IMG/VR virus record: IMGVR_UViG_3300018065_000012
From: a virus
Taxonomy: Duplodnaviria > Heunggongvirae > Uroviricota > Caudoviricetes
Direction: 5' to 3' (one strand)
DNA length: 64,000 nucleotides
Shown: positions 10,703-19,349 of the stretch, piece by piece
Layout of the letters: every line of letters begins with the position of its first letter
How positions within the stretch are numbered: position 1 is the stretch's first letter
Made by a program: the position numbers and the translations under genes
Notes under the pieces: generated by a model
The model's database searches: none
What the model was told of the DNA's origin: nothing
Seen by the model: only the letters and a program-made list of their open reading frames with translations

Positions 10703-11455
10703 ATGGGCGACTTTCCTCACGTATCAAGACAACCTGAATCAGTCATTTACCGCGACAGAGATATTGTTGCTTATATTCCTGACGTTTTGAAAGAAGACAT
10801 TGCTACCGCAATGGAAGTTTTCGACAAACAAAGTGGTACGAGTTTATACAAAGTAGCGGGTGGTAATAATCCCGAAGCGGGTCAACGAATCCTAATGTCA
10901 GGAAGAACGCTTACTAATGGGGTTCTTACGAATGGTTTGAGATGCGCTATTTATAAAACAGGAACTACCGCTACTGACGCAAAAGTTTTGCGGGAGATTA
11001 TCAGCCCAAGAGTTACTTACAATCGGGATGCTAATATCGTTGTGATGTGGTTCTGGACGAATTTTGAATCTGAGGTTACGGAATATGACGATACAGAAGG
11101 GACTCTGTATTGGATTGATGAAGACGATTTTGATTCCAGTAAGACTGTTTACAGAGCACTGTGTTGTACGATTGGCCGTATTGAAAAGCGTTACATCACA
11201 GGAGGGGCGATAGATGGTTCGGGCGCGGCTGATGGTTCTGATTTGTTAACTGTCTTTGAAAAGCCAACGATTTTACAATTGCGCCCAACATCTACGGGCG
11301 GTGGTGTTCCTATTATTGACTTTACTGCTGGTGGTGATTCTGGATTGCTTTACCGAGCAGTAGCAGACCAATCAGGAAATACTATCCAAGTCAAAACGGT
11401 TGATGCTGTTGGCGCGGTTACTGGCGATACAATCGTTTTGCAAGTGGTAACTTAA
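10703..11455 (+). CDS. Hypothetical tail protein (250 aa)
   Basis: Co-oriented and tightly packed within the tail module. Confidence 0.4.
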   Translation: MGDFPHVSRQPESVIYRDRDIVAYIPDVLKEDIATAMEVFDKQSGTSLYKVAGGNNPEAGQRILMSGRTLTNGVLTNGLRCAIYKTGTTATDAKVLREIISPRVTYNRDANIVVMWFWTNFESEVTEYDDTEGTLYWIDEDDFDSSKTVYRALCCTIGRIEKRYITGGAIDGSGAADGSDLLTVFEKPTILQLRPTSTGGGVPIIDFTAGGDSGLLYRAVADQSGNTIQVKTVDAVGAVTGDTIVLQVVT

Positions 11456-13413
11456 TGGCGCTCCCTATTGAAACTGACGCTTATATTCATGGTCTCGGTT
11501 TTGCAGCACCGGGACGGCTTTGGGGAGATATTGTTAGTGGTTCCAATGTAATTAACAATATCTCCCCTTTGAGTTGGATTCACACGGGCATGAAAGTATA
11601 TGTTAACTCTGGAACTACGCGAAATTCAGCTTTCACAAAAGGTTCTCCTATTGTAACGGTGGACACCACTGCGTATTTTATTACTGGAATGCTGATCATT
11701 ATTTCTGCTGTTCGGTTTAGATATACTGGTACAACAGTTATAGGTTCAAAGGAAGTTAATTTGGTTTCAAGTTTCAGAGCTATGACGAATATGGGTGTTG
11801 AAGGAACAGGGATACCGGCTGGCGCAGTTATGGAAACCTATGATGTGCCCGGTAAGAAATTTACAATGGATGTTGAAGCAACCGCAAGTGCTACTGGAGA
11901 CATTTGGTTGTCTACGACTCTTAATCAAGGAATTCCGGCAGGGACGACTATTCTAAGTATCGACAGCCCGACTCAAATAACATTAAGCGAAAACGCCGTA
12001 GAATCAAGTCCTAATTTTTCAATTGGTTATTCTGCTCCTTCTACTTCTTATATTGGAATTCCTGAAGGCACACTAACTACATTGGTGACTCTCCCGAACA
12101 CTGTTGAAATGAGTAAAAACGCAACAGAAACAGGAAGAGCCAACATTTCATTTGAAGGCGTTCCAAACATAGGCGCAATTGAAATGGTTGAACGCGTTAG
12201 TGACCTTCCGAAAATACATAGTGGAGATTTGGTTTACGAGATTCCAACTTTTGATGATGGTGGTTTTGGCTTTCGTGTTTTGCCGATGACGCTGAACGAT
12301 CAATATGGATGGAAGGCGAAAGTAAAACCGCCATATTTTGAAGTTGTTAGCGGAAGCGGTGGAGGCCAGATTGAAAATTTTCTACCAACTTTTGGCGGAA
12401 CTTATTGGCCTTATAACGTGTATACAAACGTCGTTCAGAATGGTGGCGGTGCTCTTCATATTGATTTTTATTCTGATATTGCAAGGACAAATCAATTAGG
12501 TCATACTGAAAGCTATCCTGCGTCGGGGATTGGTTCGCAAAATATAATAGCTGATTCTCAGGATATGGGAGGAAGCATTTCAGTAGATGCATTTGGCCCT
12601 GTTACTACTGATCTTGTTTTAAGGCCGCACAAAAAAGAAGCCGCAATTCGTGCGCCTAAACGATTTTCTGGAACTGCTAATTCTTCTTCATGGCACGCCG
12701 TTGGAAACGAAGCAAATTGTCAATATCAGTTTAATAGTTTAACTTGTTTTACTAAAATGTCAAAAGCTGCTATGATTCCGTTTTGTAATTGGACTACTCA
12801 AATACTTCCACAACTGTCTGCTGCGCCGTCTTTACTGAGAACCGCTCCCGGCGGCACGTTAACGATTAACGATGAAAATTGGGATTTCAAGTTAGCATAT
12901 GTGAATGACTTTTGCTTTAATGGGACAGGGGGGCTTTTGTGCTATCGATGGGTTTCGGAACAAGGGTCGCTTATGCAGGTTGGCGTCATAATGGGTAGTA
13001 TGCCATCAACTCGTTACGATGTTAAGGCGCAAATTGACGTTCAACCCATTGCAAGTTTTGGTGGTGGCCAATATGCTGTTGCTGGTGATGTGACTGTAGC
13101 AGATTTTACCGTTAAAGTAATGGAAGGATACAGCACAACAGGATATTGGTCGGGACCAGTAGCGGGCACTTTTTCGGCAGTATCTGGATTTACTGGAGAG
13201 ATGAGCGTGGCAAGTACAACGGCGGGTCTTACTTTTGAACTTGATACGACTCCTTATGGTTCTGATCCTCGCTTTCTTGGGCTACCAGCAACGAATTGCT
13301 GGTATTCTGCGCCCGGCACTTGGTGTAATGATTTTTTGCAATGTTGGGGAGGTTATCGTTGGGAGTGGGGGCAAACTATTGACGTTGATTTTGCTTACAA
13401 GTATACTGAGTGA
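11455..13413 (+). CDS. Tail fibre or receptor-binding-like protein (652 aa)
   Basis: Gly/Thr/Ser-rich, beta-rich composition typical of fibre or tip proteins. ATGA overlap with the upstream gene. Confidence 0.45.
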   Translation: MALPIETDAYIHGLGFAAPGRLWGDIVSGSNVINNISPLSWIHTGMKVYVNSGTTRNSAFTKGSPIVTVDTTAYFITGMLIIISAVRFRYTGTTVIGSKEVNLVSSFRAMTNMGVEGTGIPAGAVMETYDVPGKKFTMDVEATASATGDIWLSTTLNQGIPAGTTILSIDSPTQITLSENAVESSPNFSIGYSAPSTSYIGIPEGTLTTLVTLPNTVEMSKNATETGRANISFEGVPNIGAIEMVERVSDLPKIHSGDLVYEIPTFDDGGFGFRVLPMTLNDQYGWKAKVKPPYFEVVSGSGGGQIENFLPTFGGTYWPYNVYTNVVQNGGGALHIDFYSDIARTNQLGHTESYPASGIGSQNIIADSQDMGGSISVDAFGPVTTDLVLRPHKKEAAIRAPKRFSGTANSSSWHAVGNEANCQYQFNSLTCFTKMSKAAMIPFCNWTTQILPQLSAAPSLLRTAPGGTLTINDENWDFKLAYVNDFCFNGTGGLLCYRWVSEQGSLMQVGVIMGSMPSTRYDVKAQIDVQPIASFGGGQYAVAGDVTVADFTVKVMEGYSTTGYWSGPVAGTFSAVSGFTGEMSVASTTAGLTFELDTTPYGSDPRFLGLPATNCWYSAPGTWCNDFLQCWGGYRWEWGQTIDVDFAYKYTE

Positions 13414-14318
13414 AAATGCAGCACATAACGTTTGAATGTACTAATTCTCGTCCTGAAGACGCTATCGCTTTGACTGCGGTTATGCGTGATGTTAATTATA
13501 GGTGCAAAGATTATTTTCGTTTCTCGGTTCTTTCGGAAGGCAAGAATTTGTTTCCAGAGATATTTGAAGGCAACCCAAATATTGCAGAGAAAGAATCAGA
13601 GACAACTATTATTCCTTTTGACGGTATTAAAGCAACCGATGACCGGCATCATTTTGACCAATTATCTAAACTTTTCTTTAAGTATACAATGGTGTCTTTC
13701 AGTATAGGCTTTTTTCATGGTGAGCTGTTTCTTACAGATGAAGAAAAAAGTAAGAGTCCGGTTGAAGGAAAATACTACGTCTTTGCTGTTGACAAAAATC
13801 ATCAATGGAATCGTTGGAAAGACCTTCAAAACAAGAATGAAACAAGTCGTGTTGTTTTTATAGGGTTTGACAAAGTGAATATGGAAAACGTTTTGAATAA
13901 ATCGGGCGAACTAACGCTTCGAGAAATTATTCAGCACGCCTATCATGCCGACGCGATAGTGACTACTTGTACATTTGTTCAAAGTGTTGCTGGTGCTTTT
14001 CAGAAACCTTGCGTCTATTTTGCGAAAGAGAATGAATCGCTTACATGGCGTCAATTCGCTTGCTGTCGAATGATTGATGGTTCGTCTGATATTGAACTGG
14101 TTGATAATTGTTTTCATTCTTTTGACAAACCGCCATCAGAAGGGCAACGAGAAACTCCAAAACCGTGCAAACACGCAAAAATGTTGGATGAACTTTGGCA
14201 CGAGACGCGACCTTGCAAGGGGTGCAAAGTGAAGTGCGAAAACCCGAAATGTCCAACTGACACGTGGTATGCTTCTGGATGTAATCCAAAAAAATGTCGA
14301 TTCTTTGAGGAAAACTAA
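13410..14318 (+). CDS. Hypothetical tail-module protein with Cys-rich C-terminus (302 aa)
   Basis: C-terminus reads CKHAKMLDELWHETRPCKGCKVKCENPKCPTDTWYASGCNPKKC. A central segment weakly resembles a GT-B Rossmann fold, unconfirmed. Confidence 0.4.
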   Translation: MKMQHITFECTNSRPEDAIALTAVMRDVNYRCKDYFRFSVLSEGKNLFPEIFEGNPNIAEKESETTIIPFDGIKATDDRHHFDQLSKLFFKYTMVSFSIGFFHGELFLTDEEKSKSPVEGKYYVFAVDKNHQWNRWKDLQNKNETSRVVFIGFDKVNMENVLNKSGELTLREIIQHAYHADAIVTTCTFVQSVAGAFQKPCVYFAKENESLTWRQFACCRMIDGSSDIELVDNCFHSFDKPPSEGQRETPKPCKHAKMLDELWHETRPCKGCKVKCENPKCPTDTWYASGCNPKKCRFFEEN

Positions 14319-14319
14319 A

Positions 14320-14832
14320 ATGTCTGATCAAATATATGGCGACGGGCGTTACAGTGGTTCTTATCAATTGCGCAACGCTGCGCCTGATACAGAGTACGGA
14401 GTCCCCGAACAATTACTTTGTGACATGTATTGGCAAGACGAGATTGAATGCCTCATTGATCGTGTATGGGAGAAAAGCGCGATGGCTTACAAAAATCTTG
14501 ATTTATACAAAGGCAACAACAAACAGTACGTTTGCTATGTGAAAGATCGCACCTTGACCGCAATTGACATTAGCAATGCGGTCTGTACTTTGACGGTGAA
14601 GCGTGAGAAATCCGATGTATCCCCGACGTTTCAGAAAAGCACTAACGTTCCGGGCGAAGGGGAAATTGGAGCAGCGAATAAGGGCGAGTTCTATTTTTAC
14701 ATTGTTCCCGCTGACACGACGTCGCTGGAAACACGGCAGTATGTGTTTGATATCAAAATTGCAATGCCAACTGCAACTCTTTACACCGTTGCCGAAGGTG
14801 TGATCTACATGAGAGAGCCTGTTAATCCGTGA
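14320..14832 (+). CDS. Hypothetical tail-module protein (170 aa)
   Basis: ATG at 14320 (MSDQIYGDGRY...) overlaps the stop of the upstream gene. Last gene before the intergenic promoter region. Confidence 0.4.
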   Translation: MSDQIYGDGRYSGSYQLRNAAPDTEYGVPEQLLCDMYWQDEIECLIDRVWEKSAMAYKNLDLYKGNNKQYVCYVKDRTLTAIDISNAVCTLTVKREKSDVSPTFQKSTNVPGEGEIGAANKGEFYFYIVPADTTSLETRQYVFDIKIAMPTATLYTVAEGVIYMREPVNP

Positions 14833-14865
14833 ATTTTGACAAAAAGAAAAATTTTTCTTCCAACA

Positions 14866-14875
14866 GTTGTATAAT
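14866..14875 (+). promoter_or_regulatory. Promoter-like motif GTTGTATAAT (-10 element with adjacent TG), copy 1
   Basis: Sequence caacaGTTGTATAATatg in the 76-nt gap between the tail module and the SNF2 helicase gene. A 16-nt perfect palindrome aagaaaaatttttctt lies at 14844-14859, and TTGACA at 14836-14841 is 28 nt upstream, which is non-canonical spacing. Confidence 0.4.
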
Positions 14876-14908
14876 ATGAAAATGAACCGCAGCGGATGAG
14901 GTCAGTTC

Positions 14909-16702
14909 ATGAGCATGCTTTTGGCGCGAGATGGGATGCTGTGCGTCCTTGATTGCTATCATGAAAAAGACAAAGTAAAGAAAATCGGAGCAATTTGGCA
15001 TCGGGACTCCAAGCTTTGGGTCATGCCTTTGACGCTTTCCAACGTCGAAGCAGCACTGGACGTGCTTGACGATCCAGCAATTGAATCAACTCTTGAAGAA
15101 GCTCTTACGGCGCAACAAAAAAAAGAAGACCGCCTTTATCAGATTGCAAGGCTTTCTAAAACCGACGAGCCTGTTCGGTTACGAATTCCCGGTTTGAAAA
15201 TCCCTTTGTATAATTATCAAAAACTTGGCGTCATGTTTGCCATGACTAATGGTGATGGCGTTTTGATTGCTGACGAAATGGGGCTTGGAAAAACTCCTAC
15301 TTCTATTGCTGCAACACTTTTCAGGAAAAATCGCAACAATTGTAAACGTTGTCTGATAGTAGTTCCTGCTGCTGTGAAATGGAACTGGCCCATTGAGATT
15401 GAGAAATTTTCTGAGGAACCTTACGTTGTAATTGACGGGTTGCCCGATAGTCGCGTGAAACAATGGCTCGGAAAATTGATTTGTTTGCGGCAAAGTAGCG
15501 GCAATTACAAGTATCGTTCTGGCGAGCCATTTTTCTATGTTGTTAATTACGAATTGCTGACGCAGGATTTATTTGGCGGAAAGAACATCGAAGTCAAAGC
15601 AGACGATAGCGTAGCAACGGCGCAACGGAAAATAAAGCAAATCAATAAAGCGAAAGAGAGAGAAGGGAAGCTTTCCTCTGCTCGCGAACGGGTTTGGGGT
15701 TGTATGATTGTTGATGAAATTCACTATGCGAAAAATCATAACAGCAAGAGAACAAGAAACCTCAAAAAAATGAAGTCCGTTTTTCGTTTGGGGTTGACTG
15801 GTACGCCTTTGGATGGGAAGCTTGAAGAACTACACAGCGTCATGCAATTCATAAAACCCGGTTTGTTCACGGGCAAAACGAGATTTCTTCAAAGGCACGC
15901 CGATTTTGATTTTTGGGGACGCGTGACGCGGTATAAAAGGATAGATGAGGTCCGGGAAAAAATAAAGCCGTTTTTTATTCGCCGTTTGAAAAAAGATGTA
16001 ATGAAAGACCTCCCCGACAAGACTTATCAAAACCGCTATATTGAGTTCAATCCTCAAGAAAGAAAAATCTATGAATCCATTGCTGATCGCAAACATCCCG
16101 TAACGGAAGATTCTGAAGCGATGGTAAAGGTTATCCGTTGTAAGCAGTTTTGCGATCATCCTTCCTTGGTTGGTGAAATCTGCAAATCTTCAAAGATGGA
16201 CATGTTTATTGAAATCGTCTCTGAATTGATTCGCTACAATGGCGAAAAGGTAATCATATTTTCGCAATACAAGAAGATGCTTGACATTATCGACGAAGAG
16301 TTGAAAAAACAAAAGTTCACGTTTCTCCGTATCGACGGGGATACGAAACCGAAAATTCGAGCAAGTTATCAAGCGGAATTCAACAACAATCCAAAGATCG
16401 ACGCAATTATCGGTACTGAGGCAATGAGTACGGGTTTGAATTTGCAGGGCGCAACGTATGTTATCAACTATGATGATAATTGGGCACCAGCGATTATGCG
16501 TCAACGTGAAGACCGCGCCCATCGGGATGGACAAAAGAATGCAGTGACTGTGATTAACTTTATCTGTCGCGATACAATTGAAGAACGCATTCGTGACGTT
16601 CTGTTTAGTAAAGAATCCGTGTCTTCCGAGACATTGGGCGATGAAACAGATGAGATGGTATTGAAACGACTCGGCCCGCAAGACATGGCCAAGCTGGTCT
16701 AA
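14909..16702 (+). CDS. SNF2/Rad54-family helicase
   Basis: The SF2 helicase motifs are present: ADEMGLGKT (I), DEIHYAKN (II, DExH), LTGTPLDGKLEE (III) and QREDRAHRDGQ (VI). Confidence 0.85.
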   Translation: MSMLLARDGMLCVLDCYHEKDKVKKIGAIWHRDSKLWVMPLTLSNVEAALDVLDDPAIESTLEEALTAQQKKEDRLYQIARLSKTDEPVRLRIPGLKIPLYNYQKLGVMFAMTNGDGVLIADEMGLGKTPTSIAATLFRKNRNNCKRCLIVVPAAVKWNWPIEIEKFSEEPYVVIDGLPDSRVKQWLGKLICLRQSSGNYKYRSGEPFFYVVNYELLTQDLFGGKNIEVKADDSVATAQRKIKQINKAKEREGKLSSARERVWGCMIVDEIHYAKNHNSKRTRNLKKMKSVFRLGLTGTPLDGKLEELHSVMQFIKPGLFTGKTRFLQRHADFDFWGRVTRYKRIDEVREKIKPFFIRRLKKDVMKDLPDKTYQNRYIEFNPQERKIYESIADRKHPVTEDSEAMVKVIRCKQFCDHPSLVGEICKSSKMDMFIEIVSELIRYNGEKVIIFSQYKKMLDIIDEELKKQKFTFLRIDGDTKPKIRASYQAEFNNNPKIDAIIGTEAMSTGLNLQGATYVINYDDNWAPAIMRQREDRAHRDGQKNAVTVINFICRDTIEERIRDVLFSKESVSSETLGDETDEMVLKRLGPQDMAKLV

Positions 16703-16738
16703 ATCCCATCCCTATTTAACTCCTTCCTTGAGGTAATC

Positions 16739-18460
16739 ATGTCTTTTGAAACCATGTCTATTGAGCGTCATCTTCTGAAATTGTTGCTTACGGATATTAT
16801 GGTCACGCGGCCTTTTATCCTGAATGTAAAAGAGATTTGGTTTTTCGGTTACAGGAAAATCATCTTCAAAATGGCCTTGGAAATGTTCCGAGGCTCTGGA
16901 ACAATTCTTACGCAAGACTTGTTCGAAGCTGAAATTGATAAACTTTATCCCGGTACGACCAAAAAAGAAATGCGGGAAAAGCTTGTTACTGAATGGACGC
17001 TGATCAAACAATGCGACGTACAAGAAGAAGTCAAAGCATTGATTGAAAAGCTTGAAGAAAAGGAATGCATCGGTAGCGTCAGTTTGATTTGCGAAGAAAC
17101 ACTTGGAAGGATTCAAAAAGGCGACATCAAAGGTGCCGTCCATCTTTTGAAAAAAGAGTCGATTCAACTAAATATTGAAAGTCAAACGGACCAACCTATG
17201 GTTCAAGTGACTGAAGTTAAGGATATTGATCAACGGATTCATGATCAAAAAGCAAACCCCGCTAAATATGGCGGAATCAAAACTGGTTTTCAAACGTTTG
17301 ATAAACTCACGGGTGGTTTATTTCCTGCGGAAATGACTTTGATCGCAGCGTTATCAGGCGTCGGTAAGTCAACGATTTTGAAACAGATTGGGTACAATAT
17401 TGTCATTGGAAATCAGACAGCGAAAAACCCGTATGATCGGTATCCCGGTAAAAACGTCTTACACATAACAAACGAAGAGCACCGTGATCAGGTCCGTTTG
17501 AAGTATCATGCATTGTTTTCCAATATTGACTATTTCCGTTTCAAAAATGCAACCATTGACCCCGCTGGATTGAAGCAATGGAAAGCGATCATGAAAGAAT
17601 TGGAACGTGATTGCTACGGACGGTTGTTTATTAAAGATATTGGACAACATTCAACCGTTGCGGAAATTCATAGGGCTTACGCAGAGTTGGAGCAGATTGG
17701 TTTCAAAATTCACGTGATTATTCTTGACTACATGGATCACATGTCGCCAATGCAAAAAGCGTTTAGTGAAAATGATGAACAAGCAAAAGTGGCAAAAGAT
17801 TGCAAGGGGATGTGCGTTGAATTCAATCTTCCTTTGGTTACAGCTACTCAAGCTGCAACAAGTGTTGCTAAAAAAGAAGAAAAAGGGCACCGATTCGGGC
17901 GGCAAGACGTGTATGGTTCAAAGCGTCGAGTTCACGCAAGTAACACGTTTATTGGAATCATGCAAAAGCGTTTTGATGACACGCAGATTGCGAACAAAGA
18001 TGGAAGCGGTGGCGATAGAGAGGATATTGACGCTTGTGATAGGCTTTTGCTTGCGGAAGTTTGTAAGAACCGAGACAACAGGAATTTTGTCTTCAAAATT
18101 CGGCATTGCGTAAAAACAGGTCGCGTAGTACAAGAGGATTGGAAAGGCGACGATGATACTGGGAAAACTGGGCCTATCAGTGCCGACAAAGTTAAGCAAG
18201 AACTTGAGAAAGCGTACGAAGAAGGCAGTTTGAAAATAACGGATGAAGAAAAATCCGTCAAAAAACCCGATGAAGAAAAGCAATCGGAAGAAGTTCAAAA
18301 ACGGCCCAAAACGGTTGATCAACCACCACCTGAAGAGAAACCTTCAGAAAAGCCTGAAGAGTTAAACAAAACACCCTCAAACGGGAGCGAGACGACATCA
18401 AAAGGTCTCTTTAACCTTGTTAAATCCATCCGTGACAAACGTAAGAAAAAAGAAGAATGA
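16739..18460 (+). CDS. DnaB-like replicative helicase (RecA-fold ATPase) with K/E-rich C-terminal tail
   Basis: Walker A AALSGVGKST and Walker B-like IILDYMDH. The N-terminal region resembles the DnaB N-domain. The gene sits between the SNF2 helicase and the initiator or primase genes. Confidence 0.7.
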   Translation: MSFETMSIERHLLKLLLTDIMVTRPFILNVKEIWFFGYRKIIFKMALEMFRGSGTILTQDLFEAEIDKLYPGTTKKEMREKLVTEWTLIKQCDVQEEVKALIEKLEEKECIGSVSLICEETLGRIQKGDIKGAVHLLKKESIQLNIESQTDQPMVQVTEVKDIDQRIHDQKANPAKYGGIKTGFQTFDKLTGGLFPAEMTLIAALSGVGKSTILKQIGYNIVIGNQTAKNPYDRYPGKNVLHITNEEHRDQVRLKYHALFSNIDYFRFKNATIDPAGLKQWKAIMKELERDCYGRLFIKDIGQHSTVAEIHRAYAELEQIGFKIHVIILDYMDHMSPMQKAFSENDEQAKVAKDCKGMCVEFNLPLVTATQAATSVAKKEEKGHRFGRQDVYGSKRRVHASNTFIGIMQKRFDDTQIANKDGSGGDREDIDACDRLLLAEVCKNRDNRNFVFKIRHCVKTGRVVQEDWKGDDDTGKTGPISADKVKQELEKAYEEGSLKITDEEKSVKKPDEEKQSEEVQKRPKTVDQPPPEEKPSEKPEELNKTPSNGSETTSKGLFNLVKSIRDKRKKKEE

Positions 18461-19263
18461 TTCCTGAATACATCAGCATTGCTTTTCCGCACTTCAAAGG
18501 AAAAGAATTGCAAATCATTTACGCCATAAGCAAGCTTATGGAAAATGGTTGTTGCAGTCTTCCTGTGCCGGATATTGCTTACAAAGCTGGAGTGAGGCGA
18601 AAAACAGCAACAACATTGATCAAAAATCTTGAAATTTTGAAAGTCCTCGTTGTCGACAGGATTCCCGGAAAAGCTCCTGTGATTTGTTTCGGGGATGCGC
18701 AAAGTATTAAACAGCAATGCGATGGACATATCAACGACTTACTTGAAAAACGCCGCAATCAAACAAAAATCGCACGAGAAGTCAAGGTAGGGTCGTTCAA
18801 CAACCTGAGTCGTTCAACAACCGGGGTCGTTCAACGACCTGACCCTCCCTTAATTATAGATAAAGAGAATAAAGAAGTAGATAAGAAAGAAAAGAAAGAA
18901 GAAAAGAGAAGAAGAGGAAGAGTAAAAGAAAAGAATGGAAAACCTTCAAAACAACAAAAATCCTCCTCTTTTTCTGCTGCTTCTCAAACACCGTCAGTTT
19001 CAGAACAATCCATGTGCGAAGCAGTTTTTGAGATTTATTCGCAACAAGATTGGTCTGTTCAAAAAACATGGCATCCAAGGTTTAGCAAAAAGGAAAAAAT
19101 CCGTCGTCATTGTCAAATCCTTTACGAGCAGGATTGCGCCGACGAATATTTCAGTTGGATTCACTTCAAACTCGTACAGATTGAAGAAGAGACAGGAAAA
19201 AAATACAGTCGTTATTTCGCCACGACGTTGGCTGAGGCTTGGTTTAATGATTTTTTTGATTAA
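18457..19263 (+). CDS. Putative replication initiator with winged-helix region (268 aa). The gene body contains iterons and a purine-rich tract.
   Basis: HTH-like segment PVPDIAYKAGVRRKTATTLIKNLEIL. A K/E-rich linker is encoded by the purine tract. The arrangement is analogous to ori-within-O in lambda, which is inference. Confidence 0.45.
   Translation: MIPEYISIAFPHFKGKELQIIYAISKLMENGCCSLPVPDIAYKAGVRRKTATTLIKNLEILKVLVVDRIPGKAPVICFGDAQSIKQQCDGHINDLLEKRRNQTKIAREVKVGSFNNLSRSTTGVVQRPDPPLIIDKENKEVDKKEKKEEKRRRGRVKEKNGKPSKQQKSSSFSAASQTPSVSEQSMCEAVFEIYSQQDWSVQKTWHPRFSKKEKIRRHCQILYEQDCADEYFSWIHFKLVQIEEETGKKYSRYFATTLAEAWFNDFFD
18791..18844 (+). repeat. Three tandem 15-17-bp iterons (GGTCGTTCAAC(A/G)ACC) at 17-bp spacing
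   Basis: Copies: ggtcgttcaacaacctg, gtcgttcaacaaccgg and ggtcgttcaacgacctgacc. Each is a near-palindrome, and copy 3 is a perfect GGTCGTT.c.AACGACC dyad. Confidence 0.6.
18857..18940 (+). other. Roughly 85-nt purine-rich, A-rich tract immediately 3' of the iterons; candidate DNA unwinding element
   Basis: The + strand is about 90% A+G (agataaagagaataaagaagtagataagaaagaaaagaaagaagaaaagagaagaagaggaagagtaaaagaaaagaatgg). Confidence 0.5.
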
Positions 19264-19287
19264 GTTTTTGTAAAACCTTTCAAGCGA

Positions 19288-19297
19288 GTTGTACAAT
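19288..19297 (+). promoter_or_regulatory. Promoter-like motif variant GTTGTACAAT, copy 2
   Basis: Sequence caagcgaGTTGTACAATtataaaagg, followed by the GU-rich leader tcttgtgttttgtgtg and the SD aaggagg before the ATG at 19350. Confidence 0.35.
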
Positions 19298-19349
19298 TAT
19301 AAAAGGTCTTGTGTTTTGTGTGCCGCAATTTTTGCAAGGAGGGTTTGGG

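Noticed and set aside
13840-14040. C-terminal region of the tail-module ORF 13410..14318 weakly resembling a GT-B glycosyltransferase Rossmann half (ADAIVTTCTFVQSVAGAFQKPCVYF)
   Set aside because: The similarity is pattern-level only, and no catalytic residues could be assigned. Left as a hypothetical tail protein.
14836-14841. TTGACA hexamer as a -35 for promoter copy 1
   Set aside because: The spacing to the TATAAT at 14870 is 28 nt, which is incompatible with a canonical sigma-70 promoter. The -10 motif with adjacent TG is the more defensible element.
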